DNA of 63,702 nucleotides, filler included, from Hausera hauseri (GCA_046269625.1; 12 parts of 12 records of this genome joined end to end with filler, not necessarily neighbours in it); one strand, 5' to 3'; positions 49,641 to 60,259 are shown, counted from the first letter of the whole stretch. The notes: generated from the letters alone by a model not told the origin. Translations and numbers: made by a program.

Positions 49641-50949
49641 AATTTTTGTCGATTCTACGAAATTTAAATGAATCCAGATACATCTACTACCATTCTGCAC
49701 GAAACATGCATAATTGCAACTGCATACGCGCTTGTCATTGAGTTCATGAGGTTTGGTGTATGTTGAATAAGAATTCAGATTTTTTTGAACATTGACTGAT
49801 AATTTTCAAATTTGGTGTCATCGACAATACGCGGCCTTTAGCCTATACAAAATAGCATTTGATAGAATTTCGTTTGATCCATATTTCTTAAAACTTGATT
49901 TCTAACACGTTTTCTGAGATACTTTGAAACAAGCTTAAGACATTTAATAATTACTTTCATTAACGTTATGAGGAGAAGATAATCCACAAAATTCTATAAG
50001 TGTACTGATAAACTTGGTTTTCTGTCGACATAGGCGAGCCAATATCTACATTTGGAAAGGAAATCGTATTGTTTACGTGATGGTGATGGTGCTGAAGAAT
50101 ATGACGATGGTGAAATGTGTGGTGATGATGAGGTTGTTTTGGATTTGGCAATAGGGTGCTGAGATTGGTAGATGCCGTGGCAGGATTTGAATTGTTATTG
50201 TGTTTCATCAACTATGGGCCAGACTTATCAGTTACAAGCTCCTCCACGTCGTTAGCAAATGAATCTTCGAGGTCATTCGAATTGATTTATTTTTCTGGAC
50301 GTACCGGTGACGATTTGATTCTGGTTAGGTCCGGAAGATGGCGTACCCATTAAATAATTCGGAGGATTTTTGGATGGGGTTTTGTCCATACCGAATTCGT
50401 TCTGGAATACCAGATGGACAAGGTTTGAAGAGCTACCTTGTTGGCCTTGAACGGAAGCTTTTATAGTGTTTTGCGCCGATCTATTGCTGACTAACTGACG
50501 CAGTCCTTCACATACCTGTTGGTGGTTAACTTGCGTATAATTCTTTCGAAAAAAACAGGCGAAGTATTCGAATCGGAAAACAGTTCCGATAGTAAAACTA
50601 TTTTAAAATCGTTCAGAAGTTCTTCACTGCTACCAAAGGAACGGCTTTTTTGTGCATTTGGCGTATTTAGAACGGAAAAACTGTTAACATTGGTATTTTA
50701 TTTGGTTCATAAATATGAGCGTTTATGGTATCGCAATACCGGAGAGAGCGCAAAGTAGCATTTCTTGGCTGGCTGGTCGTCGCGTGGACGTGATCGATGA
50801 TGTATGGCAATCGGGAACATCTTTTCTATTTTGATTTTTGGAGCAAAAAGTTGGAAGATCGGACCCAACTATGTATCCGACGCGGCCGCAACGGACGTCC
50901 GGCCGTATCCAACCAAATGGGCCAGAGGGCACCGGCCGCTGTAGGCACC

Positions 50950-51290
50950 ACAGTCCTGTTAGAAGACAAAGTGTCTCCCAAGTCGGAATTTTCGAGCAGA
51001 TTTCTGCACATTCCTATGCAGAATTGCGATATAATGCTCCGAATCCATTCTGACATCAAAAAATTCCATTGTACCGACATCATTGGTAGCCATCGACCTC
51101 CAAACCATAATGTTCCCTTCACCGTGTTTCATAAATGAAATCAGATAATTTGGAAGAACTGCTTGATTGGCTCTCCTTCAGACATTTGTGCCACAGTCTG
51201 AACCATACAAATTCATTTTTGTTTCGTCAGACCATAAAATACTGTTTTTAAAGCGCTGGGGCATGGCTATGTGCTTTCTTGAAAAAAGCT
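50950..51290 (-). mobile_element. Tc1/mariner transposase fragment
   Basis: LWSDETKMNLYGSD...MKHGEGNIMVW...MDSEHYIAIL..SARKFRLGRHFVF*QD. Confidence 0.85.
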
Positions 51291-51619
51291 AGACTATTGA
51301 CTTTGTTGACCTTTGAAATAAAGGGCTTCTTGTGGGCTATGAATTAGGATGGGGTAAAGGTTTTAACACATTTAAATTATGTGAGAAAGTTGCCCCATCA
51401 TGCCCAAAAGCTTACTGCAAAATTTTATACTTTTGAAATAATATTTAGGGGTCCCAATTGGAACCTGAATTTCGAATATAAAGCAAATTGGTTATTATCG
51501 TCACATTAACAATATACAGTGTTTTCAACTTTTAGATACATTTCTGATTGTTTATAGATTGTTTATTTATACCAATAATGGCATCTGCTCAGAGTGACAG
51601 CGCGACTTAGTACAAAACA

Positions 51620-51860
51620 CTCAGTATTTGGTCAACCTCATCAGCTGCCCCGTTGTTAACTTCCAACTAAGGGTGAAGTTTTCAGATGCTACTTATGGCA
51701 TAGAAATACGTTTTTGCAACAATGTGAGAAAATACCAGTACAACAGAGATTATCAAGCTAGTTGCAGACGATGTGATAGGCATATGGAATAAAGCCAGTG
51801 TCCTTTTGATGGCACATTAAAATATTCTTGCTAACTTGGAAAAGTTAATTGAAAATGGAA
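51620..51860 (+). mobile_element. Possible N-terminal remnant of another DNA-transposon transposase (family unassigned)
   Basis: VFGQPHQLPRC*LPTKGEVFRCY...VADDVIGIWNKAS pattern recalls invertebrate transposase N-termini; short and decayed. Confidence 0.35.
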
Positions 51861-52123
51861 AGTTTAGAAACGTTGTCGAGCATACGAGCTCTGACGCGAC
51901 TTACTAACAGCATTAACCTGAAGTAGTCAAATAAAACGACTGGGAAAAGTAATAGCAAAAAACAAACTTGCAAAACGCTGGACATTTATTATCAGTCGAA
52001 ATCACTTCATCCACCGAAGCGTGTGACTTGTCGATTGAGGAGAAAGCCGGTTCCGGGTCCTGACGGTGATAAGATCACACAGGAAGCTCTTCCCTAAAAA
52101 TTGTCGAATTTTCGTGGGGTGCG

Positions 52124-52666
52124 TCAATGAGGGCCGGGAATCAGTTGACTTTCCGACGGGCTTACGGATTCGAACAATTTGTCAGCGGCAATCATCAGTC
52201 TCATGAAAATAGCCACGGAACTCGATGAGTCGAAACAGCGACGGCTCTTACTGTCGGCGTAGAATTGATTCAATCTTTTCACGGAAAGTACGTATAAGTC
52301 ATGCATCGGCAGTTGAGAGAGATGTTTCATGAATCTGCTACGTTGTAGGAGTTCCCGAGCCATTCGGATATCGGAATATGATCGTCCGGGAACTGATCTT
52401 TTGGTCGCCCGGTGGCGCCTTGTTACCGATTTGACTGTCGGTCGGTCTGAGCGGGTGTTTCTAATCTGAGAACCGCTGCCGAGGGGCCGGGGCTTAGTGC
52501 CTTTGTTCGTTGATCGGATTATCCTTGGAAGTTGGTACCTCGAGGCCAGATCAGTTGCTCTCTCCATTCGGAGAATGTTTTCGTCAGTATCGTGGTCCAG
52601 ACCCACAGAGTTGGTCTCATTAACTGTGCTGATCAAGTCCACGATATGTTCCGGATTGTTCCGCAT
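52124..52666 (-). CDS. Hypothetical 180-aa Arg/Ser-rich protein
   Basis: ATG-initiated open frame; no family recognised. Confidence 0.35.
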   Translation of the reverse strand: MRNNPEHIVDLISTVNETNSVGLDHDTDENILRMERATDLASRYQLPRIIRSTNKGTKPRPLGSGSQIRNTRSDRPTVKSVTRRHRATKRSVPGRSYSDIRMARELLQRSRFMKHLSQLPMHDLYVLSVKRLNQFYADSKSRRCFDSSSSVAIFMRLMIAADKLFESVSPSESQLIPGPH

Positions 52667-53924
52667 TCCTGATGGGGTTTCTTCTCAAGGAGTGGGAAGC
52701 TTCCATTGACGCCTTCTCCTTTGCGACTATATTATATCACCATTAACCTTTCTTGGCTGATGGGCTGCTCGGTTCTTCGTTGTGGTATCTGTCCTTCTGT
52801 GTATTCGACGTCTGTTGCCGGCATAATATATATTATATGTTTCGGACCGCCTTTCTTTCTGGACGGTTCGGTGTAGCTTCATTGTGGTCCTCTAGATTCT
52901 TCTCGGTGATTCGCTTCATCTTTCTTTCTTCTGTTCCTTCCGTTCCACGCTTTCTTTTATTTGTTGCTGCACGTTGTACGTTTCTTTTCGTTATGGACTT
53001 GGATTTGTCATAAAGGTCAACCATCAGTGAGAAAATTGAAACGTGATGTAAATAGAATTAATTGGATAAATATCCGTTTTATTGAATTTGCGAAGCTGGT
53101 GTATATAATTATGTATCTAATTCTACCATTAGTTTATTATATGAAAATTTAGTAAAATTAGATAATTCAATTATATTGTAAAACAAGTCAAAAGAATCAC
53201 TGTAAACAGGATAACGAGATCCGGTCAAATTAGTATATAAGAAGATCGGAATTGAACAGAAGTTGAACAAGTTTATGTACGACTTAGAGTCGAACAGCCA
53301 GAAAACTAGAAACTTTTGCTTGCGAATCGAATCTGTGTATTGACATTACTTTCGTGACTTATTGAAGTGGTGATATCGTTTGCGTATCAATAAAAGGTGA
53401 TTGTATTATTTGTGTCATTTTTAAATTCCTATAGTTTTCCATCGTCCCTTAAGGACGATTTGTACTTCATTAAGGGTAAAATTTTACTTAAACTTAAATA
53501 GTCAAGTCGAGATCTTATTAACCGAAAAGCATACATCGCACGCAGTACCAGCAAGACAGTTAAAATCTTTTAAATTTAATAAGGCACAAACCGATTACTC
53601 GAGAACGAGTAATCCTAATCTGCTCTAGAAGCGAATATAAATTGAAGTTAACTATTGTTATAGTGGGAGAAGGTAAGGGCCACCCAAACTGTAACATATT
53701 TTGCGACCCTAGCAGGACAGTTTGTGCCTCGCTAGACTTTACTGTTAAGAAACCAAGTAACGACATACCGGCGAATAGCGCCAATTACATCAAGTAATCG
53801 ATATTGTAAGAAGTAAGAATTAAANNNNNNNNNNNNNNNNNNNNNNNNNNNNNNNNNNNNNNNNNNNNTTAATTAATTAANNNNNNNNNNNNNNNNNNNN
53901 NNNNNNNNNNNNNNNNNNNNNNNN

Positions 53925-54017
53925 CCTGTGGAATACAATAACATTATGTATCAAAATCCATTAACTACGTTGTGTGGCAATTACTGTATAGAATGGCTTA
54001 TGTGCCAATATATGTAA
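53925..54017 (+). CDS. Adenain-like cysteine protease, C-terminal 30 aa with intact catalytic Cys (truncated by contig start)
   Basis: PVEYNNIMYQNPLTTLCGNYCIEWLMCQYM*; 17 of 21 residues identical to the Polinton protease at 33555-33617; AATAAA at 54021. Confidence 0.85.
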   Translation, partial: PVEYNNIMYQNPLTTLCGNYCIEWLMCQYM

Positions 54018-54122
54018 TGAAATAAATGTATTTTTATGAAAAATGGTCTTCATTTTACTACTTATCATATTTTCATTATAGGGGGAAATTAAACAACACA
54101 AATTACGTAATAATCTACTTAT

Positions 54123-54413
54123 TTACATGAATTTTGGGGTATAATTGAATTTGATTTTTTTTGTTTCTAGTAATGCTAACTTGGTATCGACCACAGAATC
54201 TTGTGTAGTTACTTGGATATCACTGATGAAAATTTGAGTATGAACGATATTGAGGTATTGTTCATAATTAGCAGTATATAATGTTGACGATAGATTTTCT
54301 AATAAACGGCTTGTACATATTGCTTTAGAGTAGATTGAATTTAAATTATAGCATATGTTTTCCATAAAGCAAAAAGAGTGAACAAATGTAGTAAATAAAT
54401 AATGAAGAGACAA
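54123..54413 (-). CDS. Hypothetical protein downstream of Rep
   Basis: 96-codon open frame between the Rep stop and the convergent protease; start uncertain. Confidence 0.3.
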   Translation of the reverse strand: MSLHYLFTTFVHSFCFMENICYNLNSIYSKAICTSRLLENLSSTLYTANYEQYLNIVHTQIFISDIQVTTQDSVVDTKLALLETKKIKFNYTPKFM

Positions 54414-54442
54414 AGGAATCTATATTTAGTAACAAATTTTGC

Positions 54443-55843
54443 CTAATCAGCGTCACGTGATTGGCTGGTTGATGCAGCCGCCCAGGCCTGAGTCACTGGG
54501 TCTTTGTTCAATGTAAGCCTTATCCTTTTCTTGGCAATTTCTTTTTGGATATCGACGTTGTTTTCGATGAGGAATTGATTCCTGTTGCCTTTTGAGTCAT
54601 AGAGCATTTGCTGCCCACACTGATAAATTTTGAGACGTTTAATACAGGCCTCTTTTTGCAATGGGTCCATTTTTATGGGCCAAAAATTGTTTTCTGAATT
54701 GTAGGTGAAAATAAGGGGGATCTTTGACGGAATCACCACACTTTTGTAAAGCCCCCGTATGGATCTAAATTATTTTGAGTCAAATATTTAAATTTCAATT
54801 GTACCTGTTATCATTTGCGTGATTGCATTGAATGATTGCGAGGAATATGTCTGGGGCTACGTCGTGGAATCCGACGTCATCAAACACTATTAGGTCATAT
54901 TCCCCTGTCCAATCATAGGGGCAGCCGTGCATGGAATGTAGTATCAAAGGGTTTTTTCCATGACTCAGTGCGAAACTGGTCTTCCCGATGTTAGAAGCAC
55001 CAAATAATATCGCACTATTAATCCCTTTGTCCGGTTGAAATTCAATAGGTGGTATCAGGAATGTGTAATTATTGTTTGCCACATATTTTTCTCGAAATTT
55101 GTTCCTGATGTAATTATTGAGCAGACGGTTTTTAGTCACGTATTCTGCTCTGTCCCCATCCTTCATTATTTCTAGGGCGTGCTGTATCGTGGGCGCCTCA
55201 TCAAACATTTTATAAATTGCTTTTTTCGACGTATTATCTTTGAAGATATTTATGGGAGGCGTGCCCATCGATACAATTAAGGCATTTTCGAATGTCTTCT
55301 TGTAGTGATATTCGTATACCTAAATTGAATTAAATATGCAATAAAAGAAATTTGAGTCACTTTTAATATATCACATCTGAATGGGAGCACCCAACATCCC
55401 AATATTTTGACATAAAATTGCGTCGGTAGGGTATGGGTGTATAAATCAATACGTGTAAATGATGGAAATTGTTGCTGCTTATTTCCTCTTGCAGCCTTAT
55501 GAACCATTTTCTTTTGAGGTAAAGTGGGGTATAAAATGACTCAAAATAATATCTGGCGTCCATGTCTGCATCTAGTGCATGGACAAGCATAAAGTGCCTG
55601 AAGGTAGCACTTCGTGGGGGCATTGCTAAAGTTCGTACATTGTCAGGGAATTTATTTTGCAATGCTGTGAACGTATTTTCATCGAGCATCGTATCTTTAA
55701 ATAATGGGACGTCGATTTCTGACAAACAATGGAAGTTCCGTTTGTACTGGCTAAAGGAGGGGGGAATATTATGCAAATAAAAAAAATTATACATACGTGT
55801 TCGTTGTATTGCCAGCATTAATAATATTTATATTATTTTCCAT
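54443..55843 (-). CDS. rep: CRESS-DNA-virus-type Rep (HUH endonuclease + SF3 helicase), 419 aa, exons 55843-55797, 55750-55375, 55319-54805, 54764-54443
   Basis: Removing three GT-AG introns (46, 55, 40 nt) gives a stop-free 1260-nt CDS with motif I (FMLVH), motif II (EEISSNNFHHLHVLI), WDV..SHSD, motif III (YHYK), Walker A GASNIGKT, Walker B IVFDD and motif C IFTYN. Confidence 0.88.
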
Positions 55844-55903
55844 TATTTAAAATATTTCGTTGCGAAATTCAATTTGAAATGTATTTAAATATTTATTTTC
55901 AGA

Positions 55904-56296
55904 TTTGAGTCAAAATAAAAGTAAAAGAAATTGAGCCGGCTCAAAATAAATATAACAGTTTAATGAGCCGCTCAATATATGTGTGTATGTTTGCGTGCAT
56001 GCATGTTAAATTATCTGCATAGTAACAGTCAATGCATTATTGATTTATTTTAATTGCTTCTCGGACTGCCTGTGTAAATAGTGAATGGGTTTGAAGTGGG
56101 TACTTGAGCGACGGCCGATAATTACCCGACGCTGCTCGGGTCTTCAATGCATTTAGTTTGTTCGGCCTTTTCTATTGATAGTGTAATGTCCGAGACCCTA
56201 TACGATCGGTATAGGCTCGGAATTACATTGGCTCAATTTTTATTTGGTTAGTCAGAAATGTTGGCTCAATTTTAAAGCCTTAAAAAGTGGCTCAAA
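55904..56296. promoter_or_regulatory. Candidate replication origin / Rep-binding region: iterated TTGAGCC/GGCTCAA palindromes and a hairpin
   Basis: TTTGAGTCAAA 55904; perfect palindrome TTGAGCCGGCTCAA 55931-55944; TGAGCCGCTCA 55964; GGCTCAA at 56230, 56263, 56289; imperfect hairpin 56182-56227. Confidence 0.5.
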
Positions 56297-56613
56297 ATTT
56301 TAAACTATTATTATTATATTTATTTGAATTTTTTTTTGATAATATCCGCTACGAACGGTATGTAATTTATTTTATTTAATTGTAAATATTAATGTAAGGA
56401 CGATACAACCTTCCGGGTTATCTTGAGCTTTATATATTTCTTCTTTCTGTATAAATATTAACTTTACTCATGAACTAATCATTTAAAGCACAATTCCAGT
56501 TATATAAGTAATCAAATGTTAACTTTACTGTTGAATTACTAAATACTTCTTACATATAAAACAAAACCAAGACAAAACACATAAAATATTTATTTACATT
56601 TATCTACAAACAG

Positions 56614-57816
56614 TCAATCATAATAATATTCTGTTACGACTTTCTTCACCAACCTTCTTTCATGTTGGTGCTGCTGCGATTCTGTTTGTATCTCCTTCTC
56701 TTCTTTTTCAACCGCTCCCACTTGAATTTCCTTCTCTTCTTTTTCAACCGCTCCCACTTGAATTTCCTTCTCTTCTTTTTCAACCGCTCCCACTCCTTTG
56801 TCAAATTCAAATGTTTCTATCAAAACTTCTATCCCTCTATTTGTTTGGGTACCTTCCTCTCGTCTTCCTTTTTCATCCTTCCGTACCTTTGCTAATATAA
56901 CTGACTGCCTCTCAATCACCTTCTGGTAATGTTTATTTTGCGTTGATAACTGATCTTTTTCTTTCTTCATTTCTTCATATTTCCTTTGCAATTCTTCTAA
57001 TTCCTTTTTCCAATCAATCTCCTTTGCTTTCTGCTCTTGCGCCTCCTTCTGCTCTTGTTGTACCTCCATCTGTCTTTGTTGGGTCTCCTTCTGTTGTGTC
57101 TCCTTCTCTTGCACCTTCCTTTTTGATCTGTATTTCGAAGCGCTTATCTAAATTTCTGCGCCATTTCTTTTCGCCAAGATTGTCCATTTTGATAGAATCC
57201 AGAGATTCATCTGGATTAATTTCCTTCTTCAACTTATTTCTTCTTCTTCGTTCACAGTCATTCATGCACTTATCCAGGAATTTTGTACGTATTTCGATAC
57301 GTTCTTGCGTATTATTCGCATTTCTTTCTTCCATCGCTAATTTCTCTTTCCGCTGCTTGGTCATTCGAACCTTGCAGCTTGATGGTGGAATTATTCTTCT
57401 GATCTTCTTTGATGGAATAAATTCTGATTCCATGATGAAGTCATCGTCATCATCTGATTGTGTTAGTTTTATGTCTTTGCGGACCTGCTTTATCTGTGAT
57501 TCCTAACAAATTAAATATATTATAAATGTATACATTATTACTGTAACTCCTGCATCTATATCCACAGGCTGCATTGTAACTTTCTTACTACATCCTGGTT
57601 TGTCTAAAAATGAAATATAAATTAGCTTATAAAATAAAACTAAATCTTACCAAGTTTCTTGCTAATTTCCACCAACTCCTGTGTCAGTGTAGGCTGATAC
57701 ACAGGAGCGTCTTTCGGCACTGAAGGCATATATTCGCAACCTTCTTTTCTCTGCTGCTCCAATGCAGCTACAATCAGGTTTTGTTTGTCTTGTTCCGTAA
57801 AAATGATTTTGGACAT
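56614..57816 (-). CDS. Spliced coiled-coil protein with tandem (T/I)Q(T/V) motifs; exons 57816-57651, 57603-57542, 57502-56614; one frameshift near 57120
   Basis: GT-AG introns of 47 and 39 nt join MSKIIFTEQDKQ... in frame to ORF 57014-57433; the charged frame continues in ORF 56614-57114; upstream TATA (~57852) and two CCAATCAGATT boxes (57870, 57886). Confidence 0.7.
56694..56793. repeat. 36-bp coding tandem repeat, ~3 copies (VGAVEKEEKEIQ)
   Basis: ccttctcttctttttcaaccgctcccacttgaattt repeated. Confidence 0.95.
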
Positions 57817-57904
57817 TGTAAAATAATGTCAAAATAATGAAAGACACTAGCTTATATAACTAATTTCATCCAATCAGATTTCGACCAATCAGATTACAGA
57901 CACA

Positions 57905-58125
57905 CAACATAGACACATTAGTTTTAGCTTAACAAAATATATAGTTTATTTAAGTATTGCCTTATAATAACACAATATAGACACTTTAGATTTGTCTTAA
58001 CTATTATATAGAACATTTAAGTATTGTCTTATAATAACACTGACACATTAGATTTTGTCTAAACTATTGTCTTATCATAAAACTGACACAATAGTTTTAG
58101 CTTAACATATTATATAGAACATTTT
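57905..58125. repeat. Imperfect AT-rich tandem repeats between viral genes
   Basis: gacacattag/gacactttag/gacacaatag x4; ttaagtattg.cttataataacac x2; tattatatagaacattt x2. Confidence 0.75.
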
Positions 58126-58243
58126 ACTTTTGTACACTACATTTTGCTTCACACATTACATTTGTCAAAACAAAACTATATATATATATTCACAAAATAC
58201 TTAAACTAAAAGAAAAATATAAGCGAAAACAAATAAAATTTAT

Positions 58244-58603
58244 TTAAATGTCAAACATATCGAGAAATCGCAATCCTCTAAGACAACCTACCATATTGCC
58301 AATCAGTGCATCTAATTTGTTGCACTTCTCGACATCATTGGTTTCCAACCAAATATTAAACATTCTATTTGTTGGATTGAAAGTGAAACTTTCCACTTGC
58401 ATTCCGTTGAAAAATTCTTTGTTTAAAACAATTTGAAACTCCATGTCTTCGGGTAAATACATGGCTTCCACTTTAATTCGGATTCCGATATCAACCATTT
58501 TCCACTTTCGTAACTTCAACTGGAATCCGAAAGCCATGTCATTATCAATAACAGGGAATTCAAACTGGTCTTCGTTCAGATTCATAATAATTTCTGCTGC
58601 CAT
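58244..58603 (-). CDS. Hypothetical 119-aa protein (virus-like ORFan)
   Basis: Clean ATG-to-stop ORF with globular composition; TATA-like box ~40 nt upstream. Confidence 0.6.
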   Translation of the reverse strand: MAAEIIMNLNEDQFEFPVIDNDMAFGFQLKLRKWKMVDIGIRIKVEAMYLPEDMEFQIVLNKEFFNGMQVESFTFNPTNRMFNIWLETNDVEKCNKLDALIGNMVGCLRGLRFLDMFDI

Positions 58604-58849
58604 TGTATTGCTTGTAATGACAAAGGAATGACAAACACTACCTTATATATATAAATTTAATGAACCGCAACGTAATATATTGTTACATTGTGGATTATTC
58701 TATTGTCTTCATTACATTTCCTTCTTGATTAATCAATACACACACAATGTATTATCCTACATTTGATTGGTTAAAATTTTATTGGATAAAATTTAGTATA
58801 AATAAAGTGTTGAAATCATTTTAATTCTCTTTCAAAATTCAATTTCAAA

Positions 58850-59302
58850 ATGGTATAACTTTTATTCTTTTTACATAAGTTCTTATTATTTATTTAGATT
58901 TGCAACTTTAACTATTGCACCAGCGATGTGCATTCGTCTGTGACATGTGAGGAAAACATGTCGAAATATTATTGTGTGAAAATAGATGGACAACAGTTTT
59001 ATGTTTGTCCATCCTGCGAGATCATCTCCGGTCTCACATTCCCAGGTTTTCGTCAGAATCACCAACATCATCTGACGTACTTTACAAAACCCAAAAAGAC
59101 AATTGTTCGAGACCATAAAGAAATGATAAACTTGGCGAAACAATTTGTCATGGAACAACAAATACCATTCCAACAATCAGCAAACCAACAATCAACGTCC
59201 CAACCAGTTAAACAGACAAACAAAAGGACACAGAAACAGCCTAATCAGACAGTGAAGAAACAAAGACAACAAACTGTAAAAAACACAAAACTTAATGTAC
59301 AA
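58850..59302 (+). CDS. Spliced Cys/His-rich protein (putative Zn finger) with Q/K-rich tail; exons 58850-58852 and 58898 onward (truncated)
   Basis: ATG|gtataac...tttag| (45-nt intron) joins in frame to ICNFNYCTSDVH...CPSC...HQHH; TATAAATA at ~58797; reversed CCAAT boxes at ~58766 and 58781. Confidence 0.65.
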
Positions 59303-59402
59303 NNNNNNNNNNNNNNNNNNNNNNNNNNNNNNNNNNNNNNNNNNNNTTAATTAATTAANNNNNNNNNNNNNNNNNNNNNNNNNNNNNNNNNNNNNNNNNN
59401 NN

Positions 59403-60252
59403 CAGGCCTTGGCCAGCAGATCCATCACCCAGGGCAGACCCTGCTTCTTGCGGCTGACAAAGCCCGGGTGGTAGCTGGACTCGGCCGGTACTTTGGCGTG
59501 CTCGGTAAAGTAGATACGGCTGGCAGCCGCAGTCAGGTCAGTCACCATCAACACGAAGAAGTCGAGCCCTTCACTCGTCACGCGCTGGGCCATCTCCTGC
59601 TGCAGGGCTGGCAGGTGCTCGGCCAGCTGCTGCTCGCTGCCCACTTCGATCTGGCTCATGATGAAGTTCAGACCTTCGGCCTGGAATGCTTTCTCATCCT
59701 GCTGCAGCAGTTGAGCCGGAGTCAGGCCGCTCAGGTCGGTTTTCGCCATCAGCAACTGTTGGCCGAATTCGGCCAGCGATACTTCTGCCAGCGGTGCCAG
59801 ACGCTCACAAGCGATCTTGTCCTGCTCGGTGGTGGTCGGTGAGGTGAGACAGAGGGTGTCGCTCATGATGGCACCCAGCATTAGGCGAGCCTGGCTGCGG
59901 GTCACGGTACCTTGCTGGCTCAGCAGATCGAAGGCGATGGTGCAGGTGCAGCCGACGGCCCGGATCCAGGCATCCAGCGGAGATTGGGTGACCAGAGTGC
60001 CGAGACGGTGGTGATCCACCAGGCCCAGTACATTGGCTTGTGCCAGTGTGGCAGGGCCCTGTTCCAGATCACTGAAATCCACCAGCCAGACATCTTCACC
60101 GGTCAGATCTTTGGTCAGCAACTCGGGTTCGCTGACGCCAGCCTGCTCCAGAATAAAACGGGTTTCGGTGCGCAGGTCACCCAGACGCCATGGGGTGGCC
60201 TGACGGCCCTGGCCATTGAGCCAGTCGGTGATAACCAGCGCACTGCAGATAC
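59403..60252 (-). CDS. ppaC: Bacterial Mn-dependent inorganic pyrophosphatase (family II, DHH/DHHA2), lacking the first ~15 aa
   Basis: ICSALV, ETRFIL, LVDFSD, VDHHRLG, VGCTCTI, GAIMSDT..SPTTT..D, SRKKQ; GC-rich gammaproteobacterial-style codons; no lesions. Confidence 0.93.
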
Positions 60253-60259
60253 ATCCACT

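Noticed and set aside
50879-50890. GACGCGGCCGCA (NotI-containing) shared with 23087-23098 as a cloning adaptor or element terminus
   Set aside because: Only 12 nt, flanks unrelated, no poly(A/T) or vector context.
53040-53460. Solo LTR (TATA at ~53235, AATAAA at ~53389)
   Set aside because: No second copy, polypurine tract or PBS visible in the window.
1-53824. Alternative genetic code explaining the many in-frame stops
   Set aside because: All three stop codons and frameshifts occur, at different positions in homologous copies; Rep and several ORFans end normally under the standard code.
56662-57506. Plus-strand hydrophobic ORFs (56662-56895, 56943-57506) and similar antisense ORFs elsewhere
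   Set aside because: Shadows of charged or repetitive coding sequence on the opposite strand.
4290-59402. Regularly recurring TTAATTAATTAA as a biological repeat or CRISPR-like array, and ORFs running into N tracts
   Set aside because: Always centred in exactly 100 nt of N padding; an artificial six-frame-stop linker. No gene-neighbourhood inference was made across it.
59403-60252. Bacterial ppaC as a horizontally acquired host gene
   Set aside because: 5'-truncated, no amelioration or decay, at a contig edge; contamination or chimera is more parsimonious.
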